Assembly (NCBI GenBank): GCA_037305845.1
Contig: CP147778.1
Coordinates: 1,792,001-1,856,000, forward strand
Direction: 5' to 3'
DNA length: 64,000 nt
Source of the DNA: Candidatus Freyarchaeum deiterrae
Lineage (GTDB): Archaea; Asgardarchaeota; Jordiarchaeia; Jordiarchaeales; Jordiarchaeaceae
Shown: piece after piece, positions 1 through 9,605 of the stretch
Layout: each line of letters begins with the position of its first letter
How positions within the stretch are numbered: position 1 is the stretch's first letter
The notes under the pieces: model-generated
The model's database searches: none
What the model saw: the letters and a program-made list of their open reading frames with translations, nothing else
What the model was told of the DNA's origin: nothing
Position numbers and translations under genes: made by a program

Positions 1-1507
1 TTATTATGCAAGGGTCTCCTTCGATGATATCCGGTCTTGAACTGGATCCTTCTACTTGTTGGAAAAAGTCTGCCAGAAAAGGATTGCTTCCTTGATGGAA
101 GATTCTTTCTCGCAGCTCTTTCGACAGGTATTCCGGATGAGTTGTGTGAATTGCAGTAGCTTCGCTTATCATTCCATCAATGTAAACTGGTACCTCTCGT
201 AACATCCTTTTTCTCATATATTCTTCTATTACTAACATGAGTTCCTGCGCCCGCCCCACTGCTAGAACAGGAATAAGGACTTTGCCATCTTTAGATAGAG
301 TTGCATTTATTATCTCTACTAAGTCTCTTTCTGCTCTTCTTCGTGAAGGCATGATATCATTGGGCGCTCCATAAGTGCTTTCAATTATAATTGTTTCCAG
401 TCTTGGAAATGTAAAATTTGCAGATTCCAATAGGTGTGATTTCGAAAATTTGAAATCGCCCGTGTAAGCAATATTGTATAGACCATCGCCTATATGTAAG
501 TGCGCAATCGCTGAGCCCAATATATGACCCGCATTATGAAGAGTAAGTCGTATATCTGGAGCAATATCTGTTACTTCGCCGTAATCTAGAGGGATTGTGT
601 GCAAAATTGCTTTTCTAACATCTTTCTGACTATAAGGGGAAAGTTTTCCTTCTCGTTCTGCCACATCCAGATAATCCAATTGTAGAAGTGTCATTAAGTT
701 TAGCGTGGCTCTGGTACAATAGATAGGGCCTTCATAACCATATTTGAATAAAAAGGGTAAAAATCCACTATGGTCCAGGTGGGCATGAGTAATTATAACA
801 GCGTCCAAATTTTCTAAATCGAATTCTGGTAAATCTATGCGTGGAAAAGTTTGGTTTGAAACTCCTACATTAACACCGCAATCAATTAAAACGGAGCTTT
901 CAGTAGTTTGAACGAGAATTGCAGTTCTTCCTACTTCTCTAAAGCCACCGAGAGCAGTTACACGCAACCAGCCATCTTTAACTAATAACGGACGATGTAT
1001 TCTCCTTCCAATATTTCTTAAAATCTGCTTTCTACTCTCACTTTCTGTTTGCAAAGCATGCCTAATTTTTAGTACCATTTCTGAGGTAAGTGGAGGAGTT
1101 CTAATCACTGAAGGTCTCCAGAGAACAGTCCTCGTTATTTCTTTCAGTGTTACACCATTTCTTCCGATAACGAGGCCTGGCTTTTTTGCTTCAATTATAA
1201 CCTCGCCTACATTTTCGTCGAAAGTTACGTTTGTTACTTCCGCTTCTTTAGTAACTATTTCTTTTACCTTTTGTGCAGCCTCTGCTTGCGGCATTCTAAC
1301 AGATGGATCTGATCTAATTACTATTCTCTTGCGTATGCGCTTAGCAAGTTCTTTAACAAGTTCATTATCATCTACTAAAATTTTAGGATTTTTGAGATAT
1401 ATGGCAATCTCTGGTCCTTCAAATTCCACTTCTGTAACATTAGCTTCTTTGGGGATTCCTTGTAAAATAGAATTTTTTATTTCACTAAGAATTTCTTGCG
1501 ATAACAA
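1..1507 (-). CDS. fttA: aCPSF1/FttA beta-CASP ribonuclease with N-terminal KH domains (runs off the left edge)
   Basis: Not in the ORF track; translated by hand from TTG at 1507 after an AGGAGG SD. Reads LSQEILSEIKNSILQGIPKEANVTEVEFEGPEIAIY...KPGLVIGRNG...ALGGFREVGR...ITHAHLDHSG...HNAGHILGS...YTGDFKF...ESTYG, typical of archaeal CPSF1. Confidence 0.93.
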   Translation of the reverse strand, partial: MLSQEILSEIKNSILQGIPKEANVTEVEFEGPEIAIYLKNPKILVDDNELVKELAKRIRKRIVIRSDPSVRMPQAEAAQKVKEIVTKEAEVTNVTFDENVGEVIIEAKKPGLVIGRNGVTLKEITRTVLWRPSVIRTPPLTSEMVLKIRHALQTESESRKQILRNIGRRIHRPLLVKDGWLRVTALGGFREVGRTAILVQTTESSVLIDCGVNVGVSNQTFPRIDLPEFDLENLDAVIITHAHLDHSGFLPFLFKYGYEGPIYCTRATLNLMTLLQLDYLDVAEREGKLSPYSQKDVRKAILHTIPLDYGEVTDIAPDIRLTLHNAGHILGSAIAHLHIGDGLYNIAYTGDFKFSKSHLLESANFTFPRLETIIIESTYGAPNDIMPSRRRAERDLVEIINATLSKDGKVLIPVLAVGRAQELMLVIEEYMRKRMLREVPVYIDGMISEATAIHTTHPEYLSKELRERIFHQGSNPFLADFFQQVEGSSSRPDIIEGDPCII

Positions 1508-2379
1508 CTCGTATCCTCCTTACTATTCCGAAGAATTATTCTCTCTCATTTAGATTTTACTTGGATGTAATGCACTCGATTCGTTTCGAGTCTGGTAAAC
1601 TCTAATTCCGGAATATTCGGCAGTTGTATTTTGGAGGGATAATCCCTTTACTTTGTTCTCTAAAATAACTTATGTTAACCAAACTAGTTTTTGGGTGATT
1701 TTTATGTTAGAATAATTTTGTTAGTTTTTGAAACTTCTTCAGCTCATTATCGGATCCAAGCATCCGAGTTTAGGGCAAGTCTTAGATATAAAATCTTGAA
1801 CAACAAATATTATGCACCTAACATTGAATTCTTAAGCTTAAGAAAAATCGACTTGCAGAACTTACGTTCACTGATTACCCGCGAGGTAATAAATATTTCG
1901 TAAAAAGTAGGAGAAGAGCAACTGCTACCGGCTAAGGCTATGCGGTTTGCACAGGGGTCACTACACTCCTTGGCAATTTGGTACACATCCAATCAAAAAA
2001 CCTTATACATTGCTACTTAAGCCAAATGTTTCCGCTTTGCAGACAAGCTGGTTGACTGCAGCTCCTATGCTGGAAAACTGGTACCAGTGCTCCGACATTA
2101 CAAAAAATTTATCAGAAAATATTTAAAGACAACTCGAATCCTTCTCACCCTTTCTCATGGAGCCTTCGCGAGGTGCTTAGATAACAAATTGTATTTAAAT
2201 CTTTAGACTTATTTTTAAGGTAGTAAAAGATATACTTAACTATGCCCAAAAATGAGGATTAATATTTTAGCAGGCTCCTAGAGTTAGTAGTAATGATTCT
2301 TCTTAAAAAAAATTAAAATGCGAAAGACAGAAAGGTAAATAAAACAATCGTATAAAATAATAATGACTTTAGCCAACCG

Positions 2380-3447
2380 GTGAAAAAAGGCATGAAATTA
2401 GACTTTTCCACAGATAAAAGGTTACCTAGTTCAATTTTGATTGACCAAAATGCCATCGAAAGAATAGGAAAAGTTTGCTCAAAATTGGGTATTTCAAACA
2501 GAGTTCTGATGGTATCAGATCCTACAGTAATCAAAATTACTGAAGATAAAATTTCCAAATCCCTTCAAGAATCAAAAATAGACTACTCTGTTAAGTTAAT
2601 AGACGAATCTACAAAAGCGGCTGTTGAACAAGTTAGAGAAGAAATTCGAAAATTGAAAAGCAAAGTTATATTGGGAGTGGGAGGCGGGGGTGTTATAGAT
2701 GTATCAAAACTTTCTGCAACACAAGAAAACATACCTTTTATTAGTGTTCCCACCACAGCCTCCCATGATGGAATCGCTTCTCCTCGTGCAAAAATCAATA
2801 ATGTTGCTCCGTATTCTATTGAGGCGAATGGTCCCATCGCAATTATCGCGGATATAGATATAATATCAAGAGCTCCGTATCGACTAACTGCATCGGGTTG
2901 TGGGGATTTATTAGCTAAAATTACTGCTGTGAAAGATTGGGAATTATCCCATTTGCGCACAAATGAAAAGTTTGATGAAAAAGCCGCAAATTTGGCGAGA
3001 GGAAGTGCTGAAAGCCTAATAAAAAATGCTGAATTAGTAAAGAAAAGAACTAAAAAAGGTTATCAGAAAGTTGTTGAGGCTCTGATTAACTGCGGCATTT
3101 GCATGTCTTTGGCTGGTTCAAGCCGCCCTTCGAGTGGTTCTGAACATATGTTTAGCCATACATTGGATCAGATAGCACCTAATCCCGCATATCATGGAGA
3201 ACAGTGTGGAATTGGAACCATAATTATGATGTATTTACATGATGATGATTGGATGAAAATAGTTGATACTTTGAAAATAGTTGGGGCTCCAACAAGCGCG
3301 AAAGAAATACACATTGATAGTGAGTTGATCATCAAAGCGCTTTGCGAGGCAAGAGACCTTAGGAAAGATAGGTACACCATACTTGATGAAAAAATAATGG
3401 TTCCTAAAGTAGCAGAAGAAATTGCAACAATTACTGGAGTTATTTGA
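2380..3447 (+). CDS. egsA: sn-glycerol-1-phosphate dehydrogenase
   Basis: Motifs GVGGGGVIDVSK, PTTASHDGIASP, SRPSSGSEHMFSH and HGEQCGIG; sits next to UPF0179. Confidence 0.93.
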   Translation: MKKGMKLDFSTDKRLPSSILIDQNAIERIGKVCSKLGISNRVLMVSDPTVIKITEDKISKSLQESKIDYSVKLIDESTKAAVEQVREEIRKLKSKVILGVGGGGVIDVSKLSATQENIPFISVPTTASHDGIASPRAKINNVAPYSIEANGPIAIIADIDIISRAPYRLTASGCGDLLAKITAVKDWELSHLRTNEKFDEKAANLARGSAESLIKNAELVKKRTKKGYQKVVEALINCGICMSLAGSSRPSSGSEHMFSHTLDQIAPNPAYHGEQCGIGTIIMMYLHDDDWMKIVDTLKIVGAPTSAKEIHIDSELIIKALCEARDLRKDRYTILDEKIMVPKVAEEIATITGVI

Positions 3448-3473
3448 GAGATAATAAATTTTTGGAGATCAAC

Positions 3474-3917
3474 ATGACTGGTATTTTAACTCTTGTTGGT
3501 ATTAAACAGGCGAAGAAAGGAGCAAAATTTGTAAATGTCGGTCATGCCGAAATATGTGAAAATTGTGAACTTTACAAGGTATGTATCGGTAATCTAGAGC
3601 CTAAGAGAGTGTATGAAATTATTGATATTCGTAACATAGAACATCCATGTAAAATTCACGAAGAAGGTGTCCGAGTCGTAGAAGTTGCACACTCAAATAT
3701 TCAAGCAGCTTTAGAGGCTAGGCAAGCCATACCTGGCGCTACAATCACTTATTCGCCAATAGAATGCACTTTTTATGATTGCCCTTCCCTAGATATCTGC
3801 AAACCTAGTGGGCTATTTGAAGGGGATAAGTGCCTCATTGAAAATTTATTAGAAAAGATAAATGTATGTAGAGCAGGAAAGGCTCTTAGAATGGTGAATC
3901 TTAAGTTTTTGCGGTAG
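3474..3917 (+). CDS. UPF0179 family protein
   Basis: LTLVGIKQAKKG, CENCELYKVC and HPCKIHEEGVRVVEV pattern. ATG 3474 after GGAG preferred over the track start at 3444. Confidence 0.8.
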   Translation: MTGILTLVGIKQAKKGAKFVNVGHAEICENCELYKVCIGNLEPKRVYEIIDIRNIEHPCKIHEEGVRVVEVAHSNIQAALEARQAIPGATITYSPIECTFYDCPSLDICKPSGLFEGDKCLIENLLEKINVCRAGKALRMVNLKFLR

Positions 3918-4617
3918 CGGGCTTTTCGAATATTTCCAAGAATTTAACACTTTCAAAACCAAAATTTGAAAAGATATCACTTACAATTCCAATTTTAGCA
4001 AATTGAATATTTTCAGTAAGCACTGCTTCATTGGGTATAGCTATTTCAACTGACTTTTCACCAACATTAATTTTAAATTTGCTAAGATCTATGCCCACAA
4101 TTCTTCGACTAATGAGAGCTTTTATTTTATCCTCATCATTTTGCAGTATGTTCTTTACTGTTACCTCGTATTCTAAGATCTGGCCTGCTAATGGATGATT
4201 CATATCAACACGAATTCTACCACCGCCTACCTTTTGAACGGTACCTAGTCGTCCCTTTATTCGGATCGTCATTCCTGGCCTTGGTTTAACATTTTGTTTT
4301 AAAAATTCCCTAGCGGGAAAGACTTTTACATTCTTGGGATCTTTTTCACCAAATCCTTTTTCTGGAGGGATTTCTATAGTTTTCGTCTCCCCAATATGTA
4401 ATCCTTCTAAGGCTTCATCTAATCCAGGAAGGACCCAACCGGCACCAACTACAACAAGTCTGGGTTGATATATCTCTCGTTCATTAAAAATATCTGCTTT
4501 CATAGCCACTTCTTGGACTGTAGTATCAAAAACCTTGGCATTATCTTTGATACGCCCAATAAACTCAACTAAAACAAAGTCATTTTTCTTAATTTTCCTT
4601 TCCTTACTTTCTGACAT
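3901..4617 (-). CDS. slyD: Long-type archaeal FKBP peptidyl-prolyl cis-trans isomerase
   Basis: DFVLVEFIGRIKD, VFDTT, VLPGLDEAL, IPPEKGFG and RVDMNHPLAGQ motifs. Confidence 0.9.
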   Translation of the reverse strand: MSESKERKIKKNDFVLVEFIGRIKDNAKVFDTTVQEVAMKADIFNEREIYQPRLVVVGAGWVLPGLDEALEGLHIGETKTIEIPPEKGFGEKDPKNVKVFPAREFLKQNVKPRPGMTIRIKGRLGTVQKVGGGRIRVDMNHPLAGQILEYEVTVKNILQNDEDKIKALISRRIVGIDLSKFKINVGEKSVEIAIPNEAVLTENIQFAKIGIVSDIFSNFGFESVKFLEIFEKPATAKT

Positions 4618-4970
4618 TACTGTTCACCACGTAATTCTAGAAATTCCAGTAATAGATTATTATTAAACCTTTTTGGTTTCTTGACCTATCGTATAATTGT
4701 TAGCTTCTCTCATCTTGTTAATTTTTTAGAAGCCAAAACTTTTTCTTTCCTTTTCCACATTTTTTCCGTTTGGAAGACTTCGCCAAAACATATTATTTAC
4801 CACAAAACTTCTTAGAGATTAAAACACGAATGTTTAATATGAATCATTTCCCTTACTATGGGAACACTGTATTATAATCTATTGAGTATCTCAATTTATA
4901 ATTCAGCCTGATAATTACTTGAGTTAAAAACTAATTATAACATACTCATAGATAAGGGTGAAGATTAAAA

Positions 4971-5510
4971 ATGATTGAAGTTGAAATAAAATGCCCTATA
5001 AGTGATCCTGAGGTCATCGCTGAAAAATTGTTACGAAAGGTTAACGCAAAATTCATTAAAACAGTTTTTCAAAAAGATTTCTACCTGCAACACCCTTCAA
5101 GAGATTTCAAAGAAACTGATGAAGCGGTAAGAATACGTGATTCAGATGAAGGAACTCAATTAACATATAAAGGCCCTAAAATAGATGCTTTAACAAAAAC
5201 AAGAGAGGAACTATGTGTTAACGTAGATAATCTTGAAATAATTCTAAAAATTTTTGAAAGAATAGGATTTCTACCCATTGCTAAGGTAATTAAATCTCGA
5301 AGAATTTTTCACATAGATGGAAATATAATTGCATCTATAGACAAGGTTCAGGATCTGGGTAACTTTATAGAATTAGAGTATGATGCTGAGGATTCTACTC
5401 TAGTAGAAGTTAAAAGAGAGGAGTTATTCTCTACACTGGCCAAATTGGGTCTATCAAGGGAGAAAACTGAAAGGAGATCCTATTTAGAACTGATAACATC
5501 AAGATTCTAA
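4971..5510 (+). CDS. cyaB: CYTH-domain protein (class IV adenylate cyclase-like / triphosphate tunnel enzyme)
   Basis: N-terminal EVEIK (ExExK), QKDFY, RIR, TYKGPK, LGNFIELE and RSYLEL. Confidence 0.88.
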   Translation: MIEVEIKCPISDPEVIAEKLLRKVNAKFIKTVFQKDFYLQHPSRDFKETDEAVRIRDSDEGTQLTYKGPKIDALTKTREELCVNVDNLEIILKIFERIGFLPIAKVIKSRRIFHIDGNIIASIDKVQDLGNFIELEYDAEDSTLVEVKREELFSTLAKLGLSREKTERRSYLELITSRF

Positions 5511-5644
5511 AAAGTTATTAAATTATATTTTTCGTTCTGAATTTATTGAGCCGCTTATTCACCCACGTTAGATTTAAGTCGTTCCACTCTTTATGAGAAA
5601 TTGGTGAAGGTAAAAATTATTGAATTAAAAGGAAGTAAAACTAT

Positions 5645-5872
5645 ATGTGTCTAGCAATACCCGCCAAAGTACTCGAAATAAATGGTGAAAAGGCTGTTGT
5701 AGATTTTGGAGGCGTTAAGAGAGAAGCATGGATAACACTAGTAGATAACGTAAGAGTGGGAGATTATCTAATAATCCATACAGGGTACGCGATTCAAAGA
5801 TTGGATAAAAAGGATGCTGAAGAAACGTTAAAATTGTTCAAAGAGCTTGAAAGTTTTGAAAACCAAAAATAA
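5645..5872 (+). CDS. hypC: Hydrogenase maturation chaperone HypC
   Basis: MCLAIPAKV start, VDFGGVKRE and VGDYLIIHTGYAI. Confidence 0.95.
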   Translation: MCLAIPAKVLEINGEKAVVDFGGVKREAWITLVDNVRVGDYLIIHTGYAIQRLDKKDAEETLKLFKELESFENQK

Positions 5873-6282
5873 GAGTTCATGAGAAATAAACTTTCAGATG
5901 AAAATTATTGTAAGTGTTGGTTAATCTGTTTTTTGCTTTTTTAACTAAAACTTTACAGAGCGTGCCAATACTTTTTTCCTTCTCCGATACGACAAGAGTA
6001 CCATTCACTATGTTTGTTACATAAGTGTAGTATCCTGTCCGTTTTCTGTTTCCATTTATTAAAGGAGGTTTATTCTCGGGAATTCTTTTTATAAAAGCAG
6101 GTATCCTGCATCATTATTACAGGACTCCCTGTCTAAGTCAGACGCCTTAGGATGCCAAAAATTTTTCATTGAAGTATTTCAAGCTATAAATGAGGCATTT
6201 TATACCTCAAAATGCGAGTTTTTTCACGTTTTTTGGTGCGACATAAATAAGGATTAAATTGTGAAAGGGGAGCAAAAATAGC

Positions 6283-6696
6283 TTATTTCAGAGGAACATA
6301 CATGCTGCTTTTTGTTGCACCTATTCCGGGGCTCCCGTGCATCACACGTTTACAAGTTGGGGAGTATTCACCCAAATAGTGACCTATCATCTCCGGTTCA
6401 ACTTTTATTTCAATAAAAGTTTTCCCATTATGAATCGCAACATCTAATCCCACCATCTCAGGCAAGATTACCATATCTCGATTATGAGTACGCACCATCA
6501 CCTTTTTACCCTTTCTTTGTGCTCTCTTTGCTCGCCTAAGTTTCTCGAGCAATTTTTTTTGACGGGGAGGGAGGCCTCTTAATAAGCTTCTTCTCTGACG
6601 CGAAGGTAGAAGTTTTATAAACTCATCCATCGGCATCCTCTGAAGCTCTTCCAAAGAAGACCCGCGATATGTGAACTTTTTAACCATAATCTTCAA
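6283..6696 (-). CDS. rps19: 30S ribosomal protein uS19 (S19P)
   Basis: [35 protein letters not shown] and [15 protein letters not shown]. Confidence 0.97.
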   Translation of the reverse strand: MKIMVKKFTYRGSSLEELQRMPMDEFIKLLPSRQRRSLLRGLPPRQKKLLEKLRRAKRAQRKGKKVMVRTHNRDMVILPEMVGLDVAIHNGKTFIEIKVEPEMIGHYLGEYSPTCKRVMHGSPGIGATKSSMYVPLK

Positions 6697-6793
6697 CCTT
6701 ATTTCGCTTTTAAAGCTATAAACTGAATTAAAATGATTAAATTTAAAGTTTTCTCAAGATAAATATAGTTTTCCATACTTTAGGCAATTGAAT

Positions 6794-6811
6794 AGAAAAA
6801 AATTTATATTA
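6794..6811 (+). promoter_or_regulatory. BRE/TATA promoter of tRNA-Pro
   Basis: GAAAAAAATTTATATT about 25-30 nt upstream of the tRNA 5' end. Confidence 0.55.
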
Positions 6812-6835
6812 TCTATTCTTCGTCTTAAATACTAT

Positions 6836-7053
6836 GGGGTTGTAGTCTAGAGGATTAAGGTTCTCTTAGACCGGAAAAATTGGTATGAGCCCTCGAGAAC
6901 CCCCTCGATGGGTACAATTCCGCTTAAGGCTTTTTAAGCGGCGAGAGTCCTGCCTGGGGCGGAGAACTCAGAGTTTTCCACTGAACGCAGGCGGTCCCGA
7001 GTTCAAGATACCATCTCAAATCGGTTGGTTTGGAAATCTCGGCAACCCCACCA
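6836..7053 (+). tRNA. tRNA-Pro(GGG) with five putative introns; CCA encoded
   Basis: Removing 6851-6878, 6889-6917, 6919-6947, 6960-6985 and 7008-7036 gives a 77-nt cloverleaf. Acceptor GGGGTTG/CAACCCC, anticodon stem CCTGC/GCAGG with loop CTGGGGC, T arm CCGAG-TTCAAGT-CTCGG. Confidence 0.88.
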
Positions 7054-7065
7054 TTTTTTCTCTTT

Positions 7066-8247
7066 TTATGAGGAATTAGAACCAGCATCTACAGTGTAAT
7101 CTCTGGAAAAACTTGGCTGTCGATTCCTTTTTTTCCAAGCCATAACCGCAGAAATTATCGATAGAGCAGAGACGGGGGTAAGAATGGCGATCTTACTCGT
7201 AAGCGAATCTCCTTCACTTAAAAATGGCAATAATGTTAATGCTGAAAAGCCTGATGTCTCTTTTTCAACCGTATAATAAGTACTTGAATCATTGATACAC
7301 TGGGTTCCATTGTAAAAAACAAGTACATTTAACGCATATTTGCCAGATATTAAGGGCGCGTTAATAGTTCCTGTCCAATTATTGCCCGCTGCATTCTCTA
7401 ATGGAAAACTATCATTAATAAACACTAAAACTAGGGGGTCACTATAATTAAGTTCTATATTCACAAGAATTGGCGTATTTGGCTCAACTCTGGTTGCATT
7501 CAAAGCAATCGATACAATTTCTATGGAGGGGGAAATAATAGACACATTAAATTCACTTTCAGTTGAACCATATAATTGAGTACCTCCAAATTCTAGATAA
7601 AAGCTAAGCTGTCCAATAGCAGTACCAGGTGGAATCATCCAAGATAATTTACAATGGCCAAATGCATCCGTAGTTGATTCAGTAAGATTATTGTTTTGGT
7701 AATCGCACAATTGTACCTGCTGATTGGAAATCGAATTGTAAATGTTATCCTTTAGGTCTGCTTCAACTACCAAATACTCTCCAGAATAAGCTGACATCTG
7801 GTAGGTGAGATTCACAAAAGTTGTTCTGGCTTTAATAAGAAGATCAGTATACACAGGTATAGCATCGGGCCTACTAGGACATGAAGCTTTGATGGTCGTT
7901 AATCCTAGGGGGCAATTCTGTGCTATACCCCAATTTAGCACCGCGTACCCACTAGAATTAGTATATTCACCACCAATTGACAGATTGTTTGTCAAATCGT
8001 CAAAATAGGTTATTACTCCTGTAAGAGGGTCTCCGCTCGAATTCATAATTCTCACGGTTACTGTTACATATTCGCCCCTATAACAGATCAAGGGTTGGCT
8101 CTTGCTCAATGAACCAGTTGAAAAATTGGATGGGTAACAGATGTTATTCTGGTATCGTGTAAATATAAAAACTAGCATTAAGACTGAAATTATTAGCATG
8201 ATTCGACCTTTTTTGCCGAAGATTATTTTTCTATAATGAAGTTTCAT
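7066..8247 (-). CDS. Membrane-anchored cell-surface protein with Ig-like beta-sandwich domains
   Basis: N-terminal hydrophobic signal or anchor, two similar T(N/D)xxGxxxLxWxI units, many N-x-S/T sequons, C-terminal TM followed by KKRNR. Confidence 0.6.
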   Translation of the reverse strand: MKLHYRKIIFGKKGRIMLIISVLMLVFIFTRYQNNICYPSNFSTGSLSKSQPLICYRGEYVTVTVRIMNSSGDPLTGVITYFDDLTNNLSIGGEYTNSSGYAVLNWGIAQNCPLGLTTIKASCPSRPDAIPVYTDLLIKARTTFVNLTYQMSAYSGEYLVVEADLKDNIYNSISNQQVQLCDYQNNNLTESTTDAFGHCKLSWMIPPGTAIGQLSFYLEFGGTQLYGSTESEFNVSIISPSIEIVSIALNATRVEPNTPILVNIELNYSDPLVLVFINDSFPLENAAGNNWTGTINAPLISGKYALNVLVFYNGTQCINDSSTYYTVEKETSGFSALTLLPFLSEGDSLTSKIAILTPVSALSIISAVMAWKKRNRQPSFSRDYTVDAGSNSS

Positions 8248-8479
8248 GATTACACCTAAGAAAATATTGCGGTCGAATATTTATACCCCCCTTTTTATCT
8301 GAAAATTAGGAGTAATTATATTTGTTTTTTTATCTTTTATAAGTTAAAATGTGTAAAAGGCGAATATTTTTACTTAAAACGCGGTAAAAGCGTTAAGCAA
8401 AATATTAAACTAATCCTATAAATAAAGGATTAGTAAAAAAGGAATTCAGTTTGTTATTATCTAATGGAGCGAGATTTAA

Positions 8480-9532
8480 TTGGCTAAGACTGGTATCATT
8501 TATCATCCAGATTATTTAGAACATGAAACTGGAAATCATCCCGAAAATAAAAAGAGATTAATAGTCACAATGGATTTTTTGAAAGAAAAGGGCGTTTTAG
8601 ATAGACCAGAAATTGAAATGTTCAGCCCTGAAAAGGCACCTACTGAAATAGTTGCTCTAAACCATAGTATGGAGTACATAGAACATGTTAATCACCTCAG
8701 TGAAAGAGGAGGAGGAATGCTCGACCCAGACACTGTTGTTAGCGCTAGAACATTCGAGGTAGCACTCAGAGCTGTTGGAGGGGCATTATTAGGCGCAGAA
8801 AAAATTAAGAAAGGCGAAGTTGAAAACAGTTTTGCATTAGTAAGACCACCAGGACATCACGCAACTTATGATCACGGACATGGTTTTTGTATCTTTAACA
8901 ATATAGCTATCTTATCTAGATATATGCTCAAAAATTGGGGTGTTAAAAGAATTCTTATAGTTGATTTTGATGCCCACCACGGGAATGGCACGCAAGACTC
9001 TTTTTACGACAGCCCGAATGTTTTATACTTCACCTTACAACAATGGGGAATATACCCTGGATCAGGTTGGTACCAAGAAATCGGAGAAAAAGAGGGAAAA
9101 GGATATACCGTAAATGTGCCTCTACCTTGGGGAACCGATGATGAAAGCTATCTTTTTGCTCTCCGAGAATTGCTCTATCCAATAGCGGATCAGTATAATC
9201 CCGAATTTATTCTGGTTTCAGCGGGTTTTGATTCACACTACTCTGACACATTGACATCTATGAATATTAGTTCCGCAGGACATGGAAAAATAATGGAAAC
9301 AATCTTAGACATTGCTAAACAGAAATGCGGTGGTAAAGTTGCAGTGCTTCTCGAAGGAGGATACAGCCTGCCAGCCCTTCCACAAAGCATATTTAACGTG
9401 ATTTCTCGCATGGCAGATTTGGGCGAATTCCTTGAAGATGACCAGCCAAAATCTGAACCAAGAACTAGAGAAGAGGTACAGCGGCTAGTAGACGAAATCA
9501 AGAAAGTATTAAAACCCTATTGGAAATTCTAA
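8480..9532 (+). CDS. Zn-dependent histone deacetylase-family (class II HDAC-like) deacylase
   Basis: HPE, RPPGHHA, GFCIFNN, VDFDAHHGNGTQD, SAGFD and LEGGY motifs. Confidence 0.93.
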   Translation: MAKTGIIYHPDYLEHETGNHPENKKRLIVTMDFLKEKGVLDRPEIEMFSPEKAPTEIVALNHSMEYIEHVNHLSERGGGMLDPDTVVSARTFEVALRAVGGALLGAEKIKKGEVENSFALVRPPGHHATYDHGHGFCIFNNIAILSRYMLKNWGVKRILIVDFDAHHGNGTQDSFYDSPNVLYFTLQQWGIYPGSGWYQEIGEKEGKGYTVNVPLPWGTDDESYLFALRELLYPIADQYNPEFILVSAGFDSHYSDTLTSMNISSAGHGKIMETILDIAKQKCGGKVAVLLEGGYSLPALPQSIFNVISRMADLGEFLEDDQPKSEPRTREEVQRLVDEIKKVLKPYWKF

Positions 9533-9605
9533 ACTCACGTCTAGGGAAAAAATCATAATAAATACTACTTTATTTAAAATAATCCTCATACTACTACTGT
9601 TTGGC

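Noticed and set aside
6885-7079. 64-aa ORF over tRNA-Pro (also the ORFs at 61673-62066 over tRNA-Tyr)
   Set aside because: They overlap tRNA genes and are spurious.
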